A stretch of DNA of 64,000 nucleotides from Tubulanus polymorphus (lineage: Eukaryota > Animalia > Nemertea). Every line of letters begins with the position of its first letter. Positions within the stretch are counted from its first letter, which is position 1. Of the stretch, positions 38,036 through 51,500 are shown piece after piece. Made by a program: the position numbers and the translations under genes. The DNA lies in the NCBI RefSeq assembly GCF_964204645.1, contig NC_134030.1, positions 7,793,122-7,857,121 on the forward strand, in the 5' to 3' direction. A model generated the notes under the pieces. It made no database searches, was not told the DNA's origin, and was given only the letters and a program-made list of their open reading frames with translations.

Positions 38036-39560
38036 TAAAAGACAAAAGAATGATTGAGATTGAACATATGTCCCTTAACGATTTAGATTACGCGGTAATC
38101 TGTCGTAGAATTGAATCAAACGAATTGAGTAATCATATCATTCATGTGTGACATGTAAAAAAAGCTATAAGGAGATGTTATATTTTTCTTTGTAAATTAA
38201 GATCTAAATATGAATATAATATAATAGAATTCACATATCAGTTGCATATCGGCTTATGATATTCATAAATGTTATGCATACTATACATAATGTGACATTC
38301 AAATGAATTTAAAAAGCTATCATACTGAGAATCATACAGAAACAATACGCAAACTTCTACGACAACACGCAAGACGATATCATTTTTACCTGTTCGAGGA
38401 GATCTTCTTTGTCCTCCTTTGTTAGCTTTGGCAGAGTGGCTGTGTGTATGTCCGTGCGCGTGTAAGGTATGTCTGACGATAAGTGTGTTCTGTTACCGAC
38501 GCCGTGTGACCAATAGATACGCCGCATTGGCATTGAAGGACTTCAATGTTTTATCCAAACAGTTGTACTAAAACAATCGCCTTATGAGAGCCGTCTTTGA
38601 TATCTTTATTTCTGTCAAGGAAGTTGTAGATTCATCGCCAGTCGCCACTGTGTCCGAGTGAATTGAATTGTTTGAATCTTTCGAATTCGTTTTAAAGAAA
38701 TCATTAATCCAAACATAGCTATATTTACCACACATATTACGCCAAATGGTACAAGTTCAGAAAATTGTTGGCACGAAACACAAAGCTAATTGCATGACTA
38801 GTAATTTGGTCAAAATAAGTTGAGTTTTGGCTCCGTAATCTCCCATAGGAAATTGGATCCTAAAGCAACGATATGTGGCCCTTCCGGGTAGTTCTCGTGG
38901 AAAGAAATTATGGCCGGTTACAAAATGCAGAAAAAATGCATTGAAAACCGATAGAGAAAATAAATTGTTTTTCATTCCAGGATAGTTTGAAATACTGCGG
39001 ACTTATTTTGCAGAATGCGGATTCTATTTTCATCATTTGTGACTACTATTAAGGGGTTACTTTTTCAATCCCTTAGCCAGGTTATCTCTGTCGAAGAAGT
39101 GTAACAATATACCTCACGAAATATTTCTTACATTGCAGAAGAAAACACATTGGAACAACGCGCATTCAAATTGTATGAAAAAGAATAACACTTGGCACGC
39201 ACCTCAGGACTGGGTTTTCCGAGTTCGGTAATGACTCCTTTTAATAGCACTTTATTAAATATGATTATTTGTCGACAGTTTAGTTATAAACTCGATGCAA
39301 ACCAGTTCGGTAGATTGAAAAATAGCATATCATAAATAGCTGCGAAATAAATTTGGCAAATGCAAAAATCGAAAAAGGCGAATTAAAAGAAATTGGGAAA
39401 AGACATTGTAAGTATTTCTTAAACTTTCCTAATGTCCTTCTAGGAATTTCTTTTGCTTACAATTTTGCCTCTGTCTATTCTACAAACACTGGTAAGATTA
39501 TTGATTTCATTCGCAAAATTCTAATACTGGAATGAATGTATTTTCTATTAGAAAGATAAT

Positions 39561-42500
39561 ATGAAGATCGGTGAGTTTCTCATCCTCACTACCGTAGTAC
39601 TTACCGGACTCGACATACATTTAGTTTCAAGGTAGGTAAGAATTCCTTTAAATAAGAACCAATTTTCGGCTGAGAAAATAAAGTGAAACTAGGTAATGGA
39701 TATAGTTGTGGTCAAGATAAATATCTTAATGATATGTTCCGCGAGCCCATACTGTAATAAACTCTAAGTTCCTTCGTAAACTAGCCAAGTGTATTTTCTT
39801 ATTTCCATGGGTTGCTCGCAAGCGCCAGCTTGACTGACTTGTTAAGAAACACGATAAATTTCGTTTAAAGATCAAGTGTAGCCCACAATAGCTTGACACC
39901 GTTTAGACACCGTTCATAGGCTGCTGAAAATTATATTTTGTATTCGTTTTCGCGGGGTAGAAAAACCAATCCTTTCGTTTTGCTGCTTATGCGTCCTAGC
40001 AAAAAATGAACTTTTCGTTTTTTATAGGCCTCAAAAAACGAAAATTGATTGAAAGATTCGCTTTTGCTATATCATTTTTCCTTTTTTTGCACCACAAATT
40101 TCATTTTTGCGCGGCATTAACGAAAGTTCGTTTTTGCTATAAGGGCGCAGAAACGAAGGTTCTGTTGTAGCGCTATAAGTTTCGTTTTGCGTTTTTCCAT
40201 TATCGAGGTCATAATAAAAATAATTCACGAGGCCCTCATCAACCACGATACTTATCATCCTCCATAATTGGCGCTTTTCCAAAATTCCATTTAATCATAT
40301 TCAGTCAAATGTAAAATTAAATTCAAGCTTTAATTCAAGCTCATTTTGGTTTTCTCGCGCGAGAATTCAAAACATTTTGGTTTTCTCACTCGAGAATTCG
40401 AAAAGTTTGGTTTTCTCGCGCGAGAAAACAAAAAACGGGCCATTGTAAAAAATTTATATCCAGCTTCTAGCCAGTCAGAAAAATTTTTCAAACCAAAATG
40501 TTTAGTTTTCTCGCGCGAAAAAAACCAAAAGTTTTGAATTCTCACGCGAGGAAAACCAAACTTTTTGAATTCTCGCGTGAGAAAACCAAAAAACGGGCCA
40601 ACATGAAAATTTTTTTATCGTTGCTTTAGCCGTACAGAAAATTTTTTAGTATGGCCCAAATCAGCCACCATACAAAATGTGTGTGACGTGCATAATTTTC
40701 ATATATAGATTTGAAAAAACAGCTTTTGCTAACTGTGTTATTCCAATCAAAGATATTGGTGACAAACATTCATTCTTTCTTGACAACCTTTCATTCACCA
40801 GACATACTGCGTAGTTCATGTTATCCTTCTATTGTGCAATGATGTTGTCTACATGCATAACTCAGACGCTCAGACGACTGTGGCGTTCAAAATACTTCCT
40901 GCTTCCAGGGTGCGAACATTCTTCGGTTCATTGGAAAAACCGACAAATATTATTTTGTTATTGGAAAATAATACAAGACTACTTTTTACCCCTCAGGGCA
41001 CGGAGGGATATTGTCTGGAATACTTGTTCCTATATTATGGGTGCAGTTTCTGAAGTAGGCTAATCGTTTTGATATGTTGTGCGTCGTCTAAAGCACTCTT
41101 TTGATTTTGGTGTTAGTCACATGTAGAATGGCTGAATAGCAGCAATATTGGATCATAAAAATACACGGTTCCGATCTTACAGGGTGCAGGTTTTCACATA
41201 TGGTGCATGGTAAAAGCTTAAGAATCCCCTTAATGTTTGTGTTAGTTGGTGTTAATCGCATTCAAAATGGCTGACTAGTGGCCATATAGGATTATAAAAA
41301 ATGTACTGTTCCCACGCTAAAGCGTGCAATTTTTTAAGTAGAGTGATTCGATTTGACACACGTGGTGTATGGAGTATAGCGAAGATAAAAGCCCCTATTG
41401 ATTTTGATGTAAATCGCATGGGATGCTATGAAAACAGTTTCCACCGTACAGGGTGCAGTTTTTGAAGTGGAGTATTTTACTTTTGACTTATGTATACACT
41501 TTACTTACCTATGATGGCATTTGTTGATGCCTAAAGGCACTTCGCCATCAATAAGGTACCGTCCTGTCGGTTCTTCAACAATTTTTTAAGTTCTTCTCAG
41601 CTGTAGATAATTAGTTTAGCCTCTGCCAATGTGTTGCGATGCCAGGTCATCTTTAATCTACCTCTGTTCCGTCTTTCCCGTGGCTTGTTTTGTTATACTA
41701 GCCTTTGGATTTCGCAGGGAGTGACATATCAATTTCCATTTTCTTCGTGTGATATGTTTTTCTAAAGAAATGTGTTGCGCTATGTCTCATAATTCTTGGT
41801 TGGTAGCGTAGTGGAACCAGTGAATTTGAAAATTCAGGCAGTGGTTAACAAATACGTGTTTCTTCGCCAACATCTTCTTGGTGGTTGTCCATATTGCCTC
41901 TGAGCTAGTAGAACTGATTCGGCATTTTTACAACAGTGATATGTTACTAAGTAGCTAACAAGATACATGCTACACTGTTCCTCTGATTGGTAAACCACTC
42001 TGCCAGTAGCAATTTTTTTGTTATAACAAAATGCCTGAGATCGGTTTTTCAAACGCCGAATGAAGCGGTATTCATTTGTTCAAACATAACAAAATGGATC
42101 CTTTTAAATGATGTGATACGCATAATACATTTTTTGTTCATCGTTACAAATCAAGAAGATACCCATATGTCTATAAATATGTCTATGGTTTTGATGTTAG
42201 CTTCGTATTGCAACCGATCATATCCATATTTCTATATTCATCGTACAATACAATTTTTTTTCATTGCGCATCTTTCGTAGTAAAACGTGTTCGTACAGCT
42301 GTCAGGAGGCCTATCAGGTGCAAGAGAGATACAAGAAAAAATGTGGCATATTTAACTGGAGGCGTTGCGTAAGATACAGGTATACACGAACTGTCAGTCT
42401 TTCACATTCGACAGTCGTTTCAATATCTCCGTTACTTTTGATAAAAAATTCATAACATTTCTGACTTCCAATTATAACTGTTTTGTCACAGAACTGTAAC

Positions 42501-45500
42501 TCGATATCGTCCATCCACCTGTTATAAATGCTGTGAGGGTTGGGCCGGTAGTGGTTGTGATACACGTAAGTTTATCTACACGTGTTTCAATTTAGCACGA
42601 AAATATTCGTATACTGATTATAGTTGCAATATGCGAAAACGAATTTCAGCTCTTTGTCCACAAGGATGCCAAGCGCGTGGTTCGTGTAGCCAACCAGGAG
42701 TTTGTTCTTGTCATGCAGGATATTCACCACCGCGTTGTAACGGTAAGATCTTATAACCTTCTTTCACCTTCCACAGTGTATTTGCTAATCGATTGAAGAT
42801 GATTTTAAGCTAGCCCTAGGCCTACATTTTTATCCATTAAAGCAATGTTTTTAGCCCACTTGGGACTTATTCGAGCGGGCTATTGCGTTCACTTCATATC
42901 CGTACATTAGACAGAATCAGTTATTTTGGGAAGTTTTACAGATGCGTCGATGGATTTGGTTGGATGGTTTTTACATGTATCTACCCTAGACGATTCTGAA
43001 AGCTGGGGCCGTCCTGTGACCTTTTTTCGTACCCAAAAAGGTCATTCTTGTTTGAATTCCGAGCCCAGTTTGTCTTTTTCATTGACATTTCTGATGGTAT
43101 GCCACGCATGAAAATGGCTAGTTTCTCATCACTTTCATTTTTCACGCGCGTCAGTGAAAGATGAAAATAAGAATCTGCAGAAATCTGTTTTCGGAAAAAG
43201 TAAAACAGTCCTGCTCGCGTCCCATGTATTTTTCACGGTCGCTACTCAATTGTTACTGTGGCATAGGTGAGCATTTCTGGAACGAAGTGCTTTCCATCCT
43301 GATTCAAGGTCGTTGACGCCTAACTTTCCCCATTTTAAATGCAAAATGTACCATGTTGACAGAGAATATCGGATTTTAGCTACCCTGCACGATTTAGTAA
43401 AAATGAGAGCACGCAGACTCGTAGCGTAGCGTACTTGCCACCCAGCTTGCCAATCCAGCGGTCGGTTCAAGAACTTTTTGATTACTGCGAGCCTAACCCT
43501 AACCTTCCCCTTACCCTCTAGATCTTCACCCTAACATTGGACCCTAGTACAGTGATTGAAAATGCCACTATATTGTTTTGTATACTACCGTGAATTGTAC
43601 CAAAAACTGAGGAATTATCTTTCAACATGGTACTCGACATACTCGCCTCATCTCTTTCCAAATTTGGAATAAGGCTTTTTATTTCCCTCTTTTTAAAAAG
43701 TGAGGTAATATTAAAACCTGTGTCCCTCGTCATATTTCCGAAAACCCAATAAGTTAATTTTCGCATGGTCTTTTAGAAGGGATCTTTAACATATCATACA
43801 AGGTCATTGTTTTTTGTGTGTGGTCACCAAAGGGCGTCGAATAGCGAAATAAATCTGTATTTCCGTTTTATATGTATTCCTTACGTCGTATTTCCTCAAA
43901 GCCTCCTCCCAGAGGATTTGCTCGCATATGATTGTTTTTGTGAAATCAAATTGCATGTATTTTGTATTTATGAAAAAAATACATTTTCTTTATGTATTTT
44001 TGATGATATCCGAAAACGGATAATATAAATGATAACTCAAGTGTGAATACAAATGATCAGTTAAAATCAATGAATGTTAAGCTTATCAACTTGGGGCGAG
44101 TTATGTTGGTTTCTGTTCTTCTTGTCAATAATGTTCGTTCATTGATTAGTTTTTTGTTGTTATTTTTCATTTCTTAGATATAGTTGAATGTGCGCAAAAT
44201 AACGGTGGCTGTCAACATCGATGTGTCAACACTGTCGGTAGCTTCGACTGTAAATGTATAGCCGGATATCAACTGAAATCTGACAGACTGGCCTGTGCAC
44301 GTAAATATATATTCGTTTGGATAATGAAATTCTTGTTATTTCAAGTTTATCATCATTGTTACTTATTACTTTCTTGGAAAACCGTTTTTACGGTTTTAAC
44401 AACTATTAGTAATACTTGCTATCTGACTTACTCCAAAAAAATTAGATACTAAACTATCTGACCCTATGCTAAATCCGAAGAAGAATTCGGTCTCAATTTC
44501 AAAGTAATTTTGAGACTGTTTGGGACTAGTTAAGCCCATTGGCAATTAGCGATAGCCACTAAAACATAATTGACCTGTCTTTCATAGCGGTGTGTTTTTC
44601 ATCGACGACATGTCCAAACGGTGGAAAATGCGAGAGACCAAATTACTGCTCTTGTCCGGTCGGATTCAGCCAACCAAAATGCGAAGGTGAAAGAATTATA
44701 AAATTCTATAAATGAATCTAATTACACTATTCATGCCTATCGTAGCACTTTTCTATATGTTATTTTTTTCCTGCTCTTCGTAGATGTCAACGAGTGTTCA
44801 AGAAATAACGGCGGATGTCAGCATACTTGCATCAACAGCCTCGGCTCGTTTAAATGCGATTGTAAACCAGGATATCTGCTGCAGTCAGACGGCAAAACAT
44901 GCACCGGTACGAGTACCTTAGATCAGAAATAGGATCCCGTTATTCAACCTCTGCAATTGTAGATGTTAGCAAATAGTCAAACATACAAATATTCCATAGT
45001 CGATGACATTTACATTATTGAACATAATGATATCTATAATAATAATTCATCTTCAAAATAAAAAACAATAACTTAACTAACTATTATAATTATTACTATT
45101 CTATTAGAATTCTAATATTTCTAATTATTAACTAGAATACTTCATATTACAATTAGATTCGAATAACAAAAAAATAACATCAAATAGATATTAAAATCTA
45201 ATATTTCTTAGTTAACAACTAGAATTCTTTAAAACATGATCCTAATGAAAACACGGTGTTTATGATTTTTTCATATATCAGATATAAACGAATGTGACTC
45301 GTATGATGGAGGATGCAACCATATTTGTACAAACACGCCTGGTAATTACAACTGCTCGTGCAATTCCGGGTTCCAACTCGATACAGACGAAAGAACTTGT
45401 CTGGGTATGTAATTTTTAGGGGAGCTGCAACGATCTATCGCTCCTTTCAAGACTTTTGTGCCATTGGGCCAAGGTTTTGAATACCAAATAAGTCCTTTTA

Positions 45501-48500
45501 GATCTTATTCTTGAAATATCATTCGAGGACGGCTGTGTTTTAAGTACCGGTATCTACATTACATTCGAACGGATTAGTCGAAATAAAGATAACGTCCGTG
45601 CGCACGAATGGAAATAATTATTTTTTCGTATGTCTCCTCCGAGGTTCCGTAAACTTACCACACATACCGATACCCCCCATAATTGGGAATCTGAGCTTTA
45701 GTTTCAATCGAATATATCGTATATGTCACTTACTCTGATCTCGTCTCATTTAATTTCGTGCATACTTTCCCTTCATTTCGCATATAAATCCATGTTTCTT
45801 TAGATATCGATGAATGTTTAGTGGAAAATGGTGGATGTTCCAATACGTGTGTTAATACTAACGGATCTTACCACTGCGTTTGTCCAAGCGGTTTCAAGTT
45901 AGATGAAGCTGGACGCGTATGTCAAGGTGAGTGTACTATTTTAGTTTTAGATTGTTACCATTTAATTTTCAGATTATTTTCAAAATCACACATGGAAGTG
46001 ATTACTACGAACTTGAAAAACACTTTATGTTCATGATCATCTATATTTTAAACCGGTGTTGAAGTACCTTAAATTACGTTTTTTCAGATATCAACGAGTG
46101 TTCAAGAAATAACGGCGGATGTCAGCATACTTGTATCAACAGCCTCGGCTCGTTTAAATGCGCTTGTAAACCAGGCTATCTGCTACAGTCAGACGGCAAA
46201 ACATGCATCGGTAGGAGTACTGTTACATCAAACTAGGACCCCGTTAAGCAACTACCACGATATTATTCTATAGCAGTAAACAAACAGTTAAAAACACAAA
46301 TATTCCATATTCGAGGATAATTACGATTATGTTTTATCAGATATAAACGAATGTGACTCGCATAATGGAGGATGCAACCATGCTTGTACAAACACGCCTG
46401 GTAGTTACAACTGCTCGTGCAATTCCGGGTTCCAACTCGATACAGACGAACGAACTTGTCTGGGTATGTATCATCTTGGGGACCCGCAATGATGTTTCCT
46501 CTTATCACGACTATTGTTCCAGGGCCTATGTTTTGAAATACAAAAATGAAAAAGGTTTTTGAATCTTATTCTTCAATCAAATATCACTCGATCACCTCCT
46601 GTCGTGTTTTAAATACCGGGAATAGGTGTATCTTAATTGTTACAAATAACGATGAATGTCTGGCCTGTAACGGAAATTGCGCACCAATATACAACAACAG
46701 CATTGGGTCGTACCCGAGACGTGTGGCATGACTAATAGCTTGCCTTTGTCAATAACATTTTGATGGTTACGATTCTAAAAGGGATATTCAACATATCAGA
46801 CACGATCATTGGTTTTTTATATGATCAACACAGGGCGTTGAATAGCGAAATGCTAAGTTTTTCTGTATCGTATCCGGCATTCCTACGCCATATTCACTAA
46901 GAGCGTCAGAATTATTGGTAATATTTGTTCACATATTATGTTTATCTGAAATTAGAGTTGCATTTTTCATCTGCCATGAAAAAATACATTTTCCAAAAAG
47001 GGATGATACAAATGATGACTCAAAATAAAAGAATGATGAGCTTATCAACTTGTAACGAGTTATGTTGATTTTAGTCCTTCTTATCAATCACTGGTTCATT
47101 GAATAATTTTTTCTCGTTGTTTTTCATTTCTTAGACATAAACGAATGCACACGAAATCACGGTGGCTGTCAACATCGGTGTGTCAACACAGTCGGTAGCT
47201 TCGACTGTAAATGTATAGCCGTATATCAACTCAAATCTGATAGACGAACTTGTACACGTAAATATTCACTCGTTTGAATAATAAAATAACCATTTTGATT
47301 TTCAGTATATAAGGTTAGAAACTTTCTTGTATTCCTGGTGATTATTAAAAATCAAATCATAAAATTTTTTGAAGTTTTTGAGGTTTATTACCCCTAACCC
47401 TCTAATTCCCTTAAACCCTTACCTCGTAATTTCTTACCCTCTAAACCCTTACCCACTAAGCCCCTACCCTCTAAACACCTACCTTTTCCCTCTAAACTCT
47501 TAACCATAACCCTACAAACTTTAATCCTCTTAAACCTAACCCGCTAAACCCAAAACAATTCCCCTATGATCTCTTATGTTTTATACACTTACCCTATCAA
47601 CTCTAACCCCCTTTACCTGTACCCTCTAAACTCTGAACCCTTCCCACTGAACTCTAAGCGCCTATACACCCTCTAAACTCCAATCGTCTAAACCCATACC
47701 ACCTAAGTCCTTACCCTCTTAATCCAACCATATAATTCCTTAACGGCCAAACCCAAATAACTGCTCTCGCACAAGAAAACGTTTTGAATTCTCGCGAGAG
47801 AACAAAGAAAAAACGGGCCAATATAAATTCTTGTATCGTGTATCTAGCCGTACAGCAATGTTTGTAGTGTGGCACGAATCAGCCGTGTATCAGTTTTTGA
47901 AAATGGCCCATAGGATTTGGTCGGAACGTCAAATGCTCATTTAGTTATATGACACCGTAAAAAGTGTTACAATACTGTTTATATACATATAAGCATATTT
48001 AAGAGGTTCTTAGTGGATCGATGTGCACTACGTCATCAAAATATCGGGGCTTAACTGGTTGCCGGTGAATTCAATTTAACTGTCGATTTATTCAAATCTA
48101 AAATAATTGACCCTTAATATCATATAATTTTGTATGATATTATTATTGATTATCAACAATATCAAGCAATATTTGTTATTTTTCAAGGCGTAAATAAATC
48201 TTATTTATTTCTTTATATTGTGGGGTTTCACTTCAGGATTAGACAGTCAATTTTCTATGAACCAGCATTAAAAACTTTTTGATTTGACCTATCATTCGTA
48301 GCGGTGTGTTTTTCATCGACGACATGTCCCAACGGCGGAAAATGCCTGAGTCCAAATTACTGCTCTTGTCCGCTCGGATTCAGCCAACCAAAATGCGAAG
48401 GTGAAAAAATTATCAAATTCTATAAACGAATCTTATCACGCTGTACATGTCTGTCGTGGAGATTTCTATATTAGTTTTTTTTCTGCTCTTCGTAGACATC

Positions 48501-51500
48501 GACGAGTGTTCAACAAATAACGGTGGATGTCAGCATACGTGTATCAACAACCTCGGCTCGTTTAAATGCGATTGTAAACCAGGATATCTGCTGCAGTCAG
48601 ACGGCAAAACATGCACCGGTACGAGTACCTTAGATTAGAAATAGGATCCCGTTATTCAACCTCTGCAATTGTAGATGTTAGCAAATAGTCAAACATACAA
48701 ATATTCCATAGTCGATGACATTTACATTATTGACATTATTCTAAGATATGATGATCCTAATGAAAACACGGTGTTTATGATTTTTTCATATATCAGATAT
48801 AAACGAATGTGACTCGTATAATGGAGGATGCAACCATGCTTGTACAAACACGCCTGGTAGTTACAACTGCTCGTGCAATTCCGGGTTCCAACTCGATACA
48901 GACGAACGAACTTGTCTGGGTATGTAATTTCTAGGGGAGCTGCAACGATCTATCGCTCCTTTCAAGACTTTTGTGCCATTGGGCCAAGGTTTTGAATACA
49001 AATAAGTCCTTTTAGATCTTATTCTTGAAATATCATTCGAGGACTGCTGTGTTTTAAGTACCGGTATCTACATTACATTCGAACGGATTAGTCGAAATAA
49101 AAATAACGTCCGTACGCACGAATGGAAATAATTATTTTTTCGTATGTGTCCTCCGAGGTTCCGTAAACTTACCACATATACCGACACCCCCCATAATTGG
49201 GAATCTGAGCTTTAGTTTTAATCGAACATATCGTATATGTCACTTTCTCTGATCCCTTCATTTCGCATATAAATACATGTTTCTTTAGATATCGATGAAT
49301 GTTCAGTGGAAAATGGTGGATGTTCCAATACGTGTGTTAATACTAACGGATCTTACCACTGCGTTTGTCCAAGCGGTTTCAAGTTAGATGAAGCTGGACG
49401 CGTATGTCAAGGTGAGTATATACTAATTTAGTTTTAGATTGTTACCATTTAATTTTCTGATTATTTTCAGAATCACACATGGTGATTACTTAGAACTTGA
49501 AAAACACTTTATGTTCATGATAATCTATATTTTAAACCGGTGTTTAAGTACCTTAAATAAAGCTTTATGAACGAGTGTTCAAGACATAACGGCGGATGTC
49601 AGCATACTTGTATCAACAGCCTCGGCTCGTTTAAATGCGCTTGTAAACCAGGCTATCTGCTGCAGTCAGACGGCAAAACATGCATCGGTAGGAGTACTGT
49701 TACATCAAACTAGGACCCCGTTAAGCAACTACCACGATATTATTCTATAGTGAACAAACAGTTTAACACACAAATATTCCATAATCGAGGATAATCGCGA
49801 TTATGTTTTATCAGATAGGAACGAAAAATTGAAAAACTTAAAAAATTTCAACGTTGGCCGTGAACAAATATGCAAAAACCCGCCGGTTCATTCCTTTGTA
49901 AATGTCAGCCAAAATTAGTCCTTGGCTGAGACTTGCGTTGGTAAGTTTTTGCGGAAAGTAAAAGATTTTGAGAAAAACAAAACAAAAACAAAAATGTTAG
50001 GAAAAACAAAAATTGTATCAAGTAGAAATCTGTCTCGGTTGATTTAGTTGTTACGTCTCAAATCATGTCAAGTGACAGCGGATCATTTATCAATAAATGT
50101 ACATAATGCAATAATAATGTAGGCCCATTGATATAAGAACAATTGGGTCGATTGGACACGAGTGCGGTCTTTTTGGCCTGTATTCCGAGACCTGTAGCTT
50201 CATAATAGTTAGCCATTTTTCATTGAAATTGATGGTAGCTACACTTTTGGAAGGGACCTCAAACATATCAGATGGGTTTTTCGATCCATCAATTGTAACG
50301 CATTCGGCGGTCATCTTAGTGTCATCACACCTCATGGAAAAACTTACAGGTTTCAACTTAAACTATTGATGTTGGCATGTCATAAGGTAGATCTTCTCAC
50401 ACAGAATGGGGATCGCCCAGTTTTGGTTTTCATATATGGTCACTAGGATACGTTGAATTGTGGAATTACTTAGGATTTTATTACCTGTGCATATTTTGTA
50501 ACTGCAAAATTGCATTGAATGACATTTTCCATGATTGCGGTGGGGTCATTGAGTTCTGTATATGTACACCAGGGGCGTTGAGTATTAAAACTGTCAGATC
50601 GTGGAGCATTTCAAACCACTTCCAAATGGGCACGGTCTCCCTGGACCCCTAGTTTCTGTATTTCGGAAAGATTTTCAGTATCGCACGGATGAGATACTAA
50701 CGTGTGTCCCAATGGTACTACCACTGAAGATCAAGCGTCATCCTCGTTTACATCGGTTTCGACGTGGCTCTTAAATGAATCGGAACAATTAGAATTAAAG
50801 AAAAATATCACATTGATGGCTGTTAGTACTCAACAATGGAGATATCCTTTCAACACATTTGATTTGATTTGAACACTTTATTTTTCAAATATAATTTACA
50901 GCATAGCGCACATAAAGCATAATACAAAATACAGTAAATTAAACCTGGAGGGGCCTGTAGAAACTAAGGAATAGTTTGTATAAAACAGGTCCCTCAAAAG
51001 AGAAAATAAGAAAAAGAGAAAAGAGAAAATAGACATTAAAGTAGACAAACTATTTGTGGCTGACACGTTCTCTTATATGAAATCATCTATATTTCAGGTC
51101 CCAGTAAGATATATAGTACAAATGGACCGGTATGTACCTTCCCTGAAACATTTTTTCTTGAAACAGATATAGGTGAACGTGTATTTATTTTTTTTCTGAT
51201 ATAGAATTTTGAACTCTACATTGGCGTTGGTCTAGGATTTGGATTGTTGCTTCTGATAACTATTGTTGGTAAGTATGATGAGATGCACATGATGCATTGT
51301 CATTGCGATTGCTTCCCTAATATCAAATTTTACAGGGGCGAATCTAGGGTTTTTGCTGTGGACCAACAAAATGATTGGTATCTTTTGAAAGGGTACCTCA
51401 ACGATTCGACCACCGATGGCGTGTAGTCAAAACGGGGGTTCAAATTCCGAAGAGCGGTGGCACTGAACTATTCTGAGATGCCCCTAGAAACGTTGGCGTT

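Noticed and set aside
47390-47760. True telomere or chromosome fusion site
   Set aside because: Highly degenerate, single orientation, intronic and attached to a dispersed repeat.
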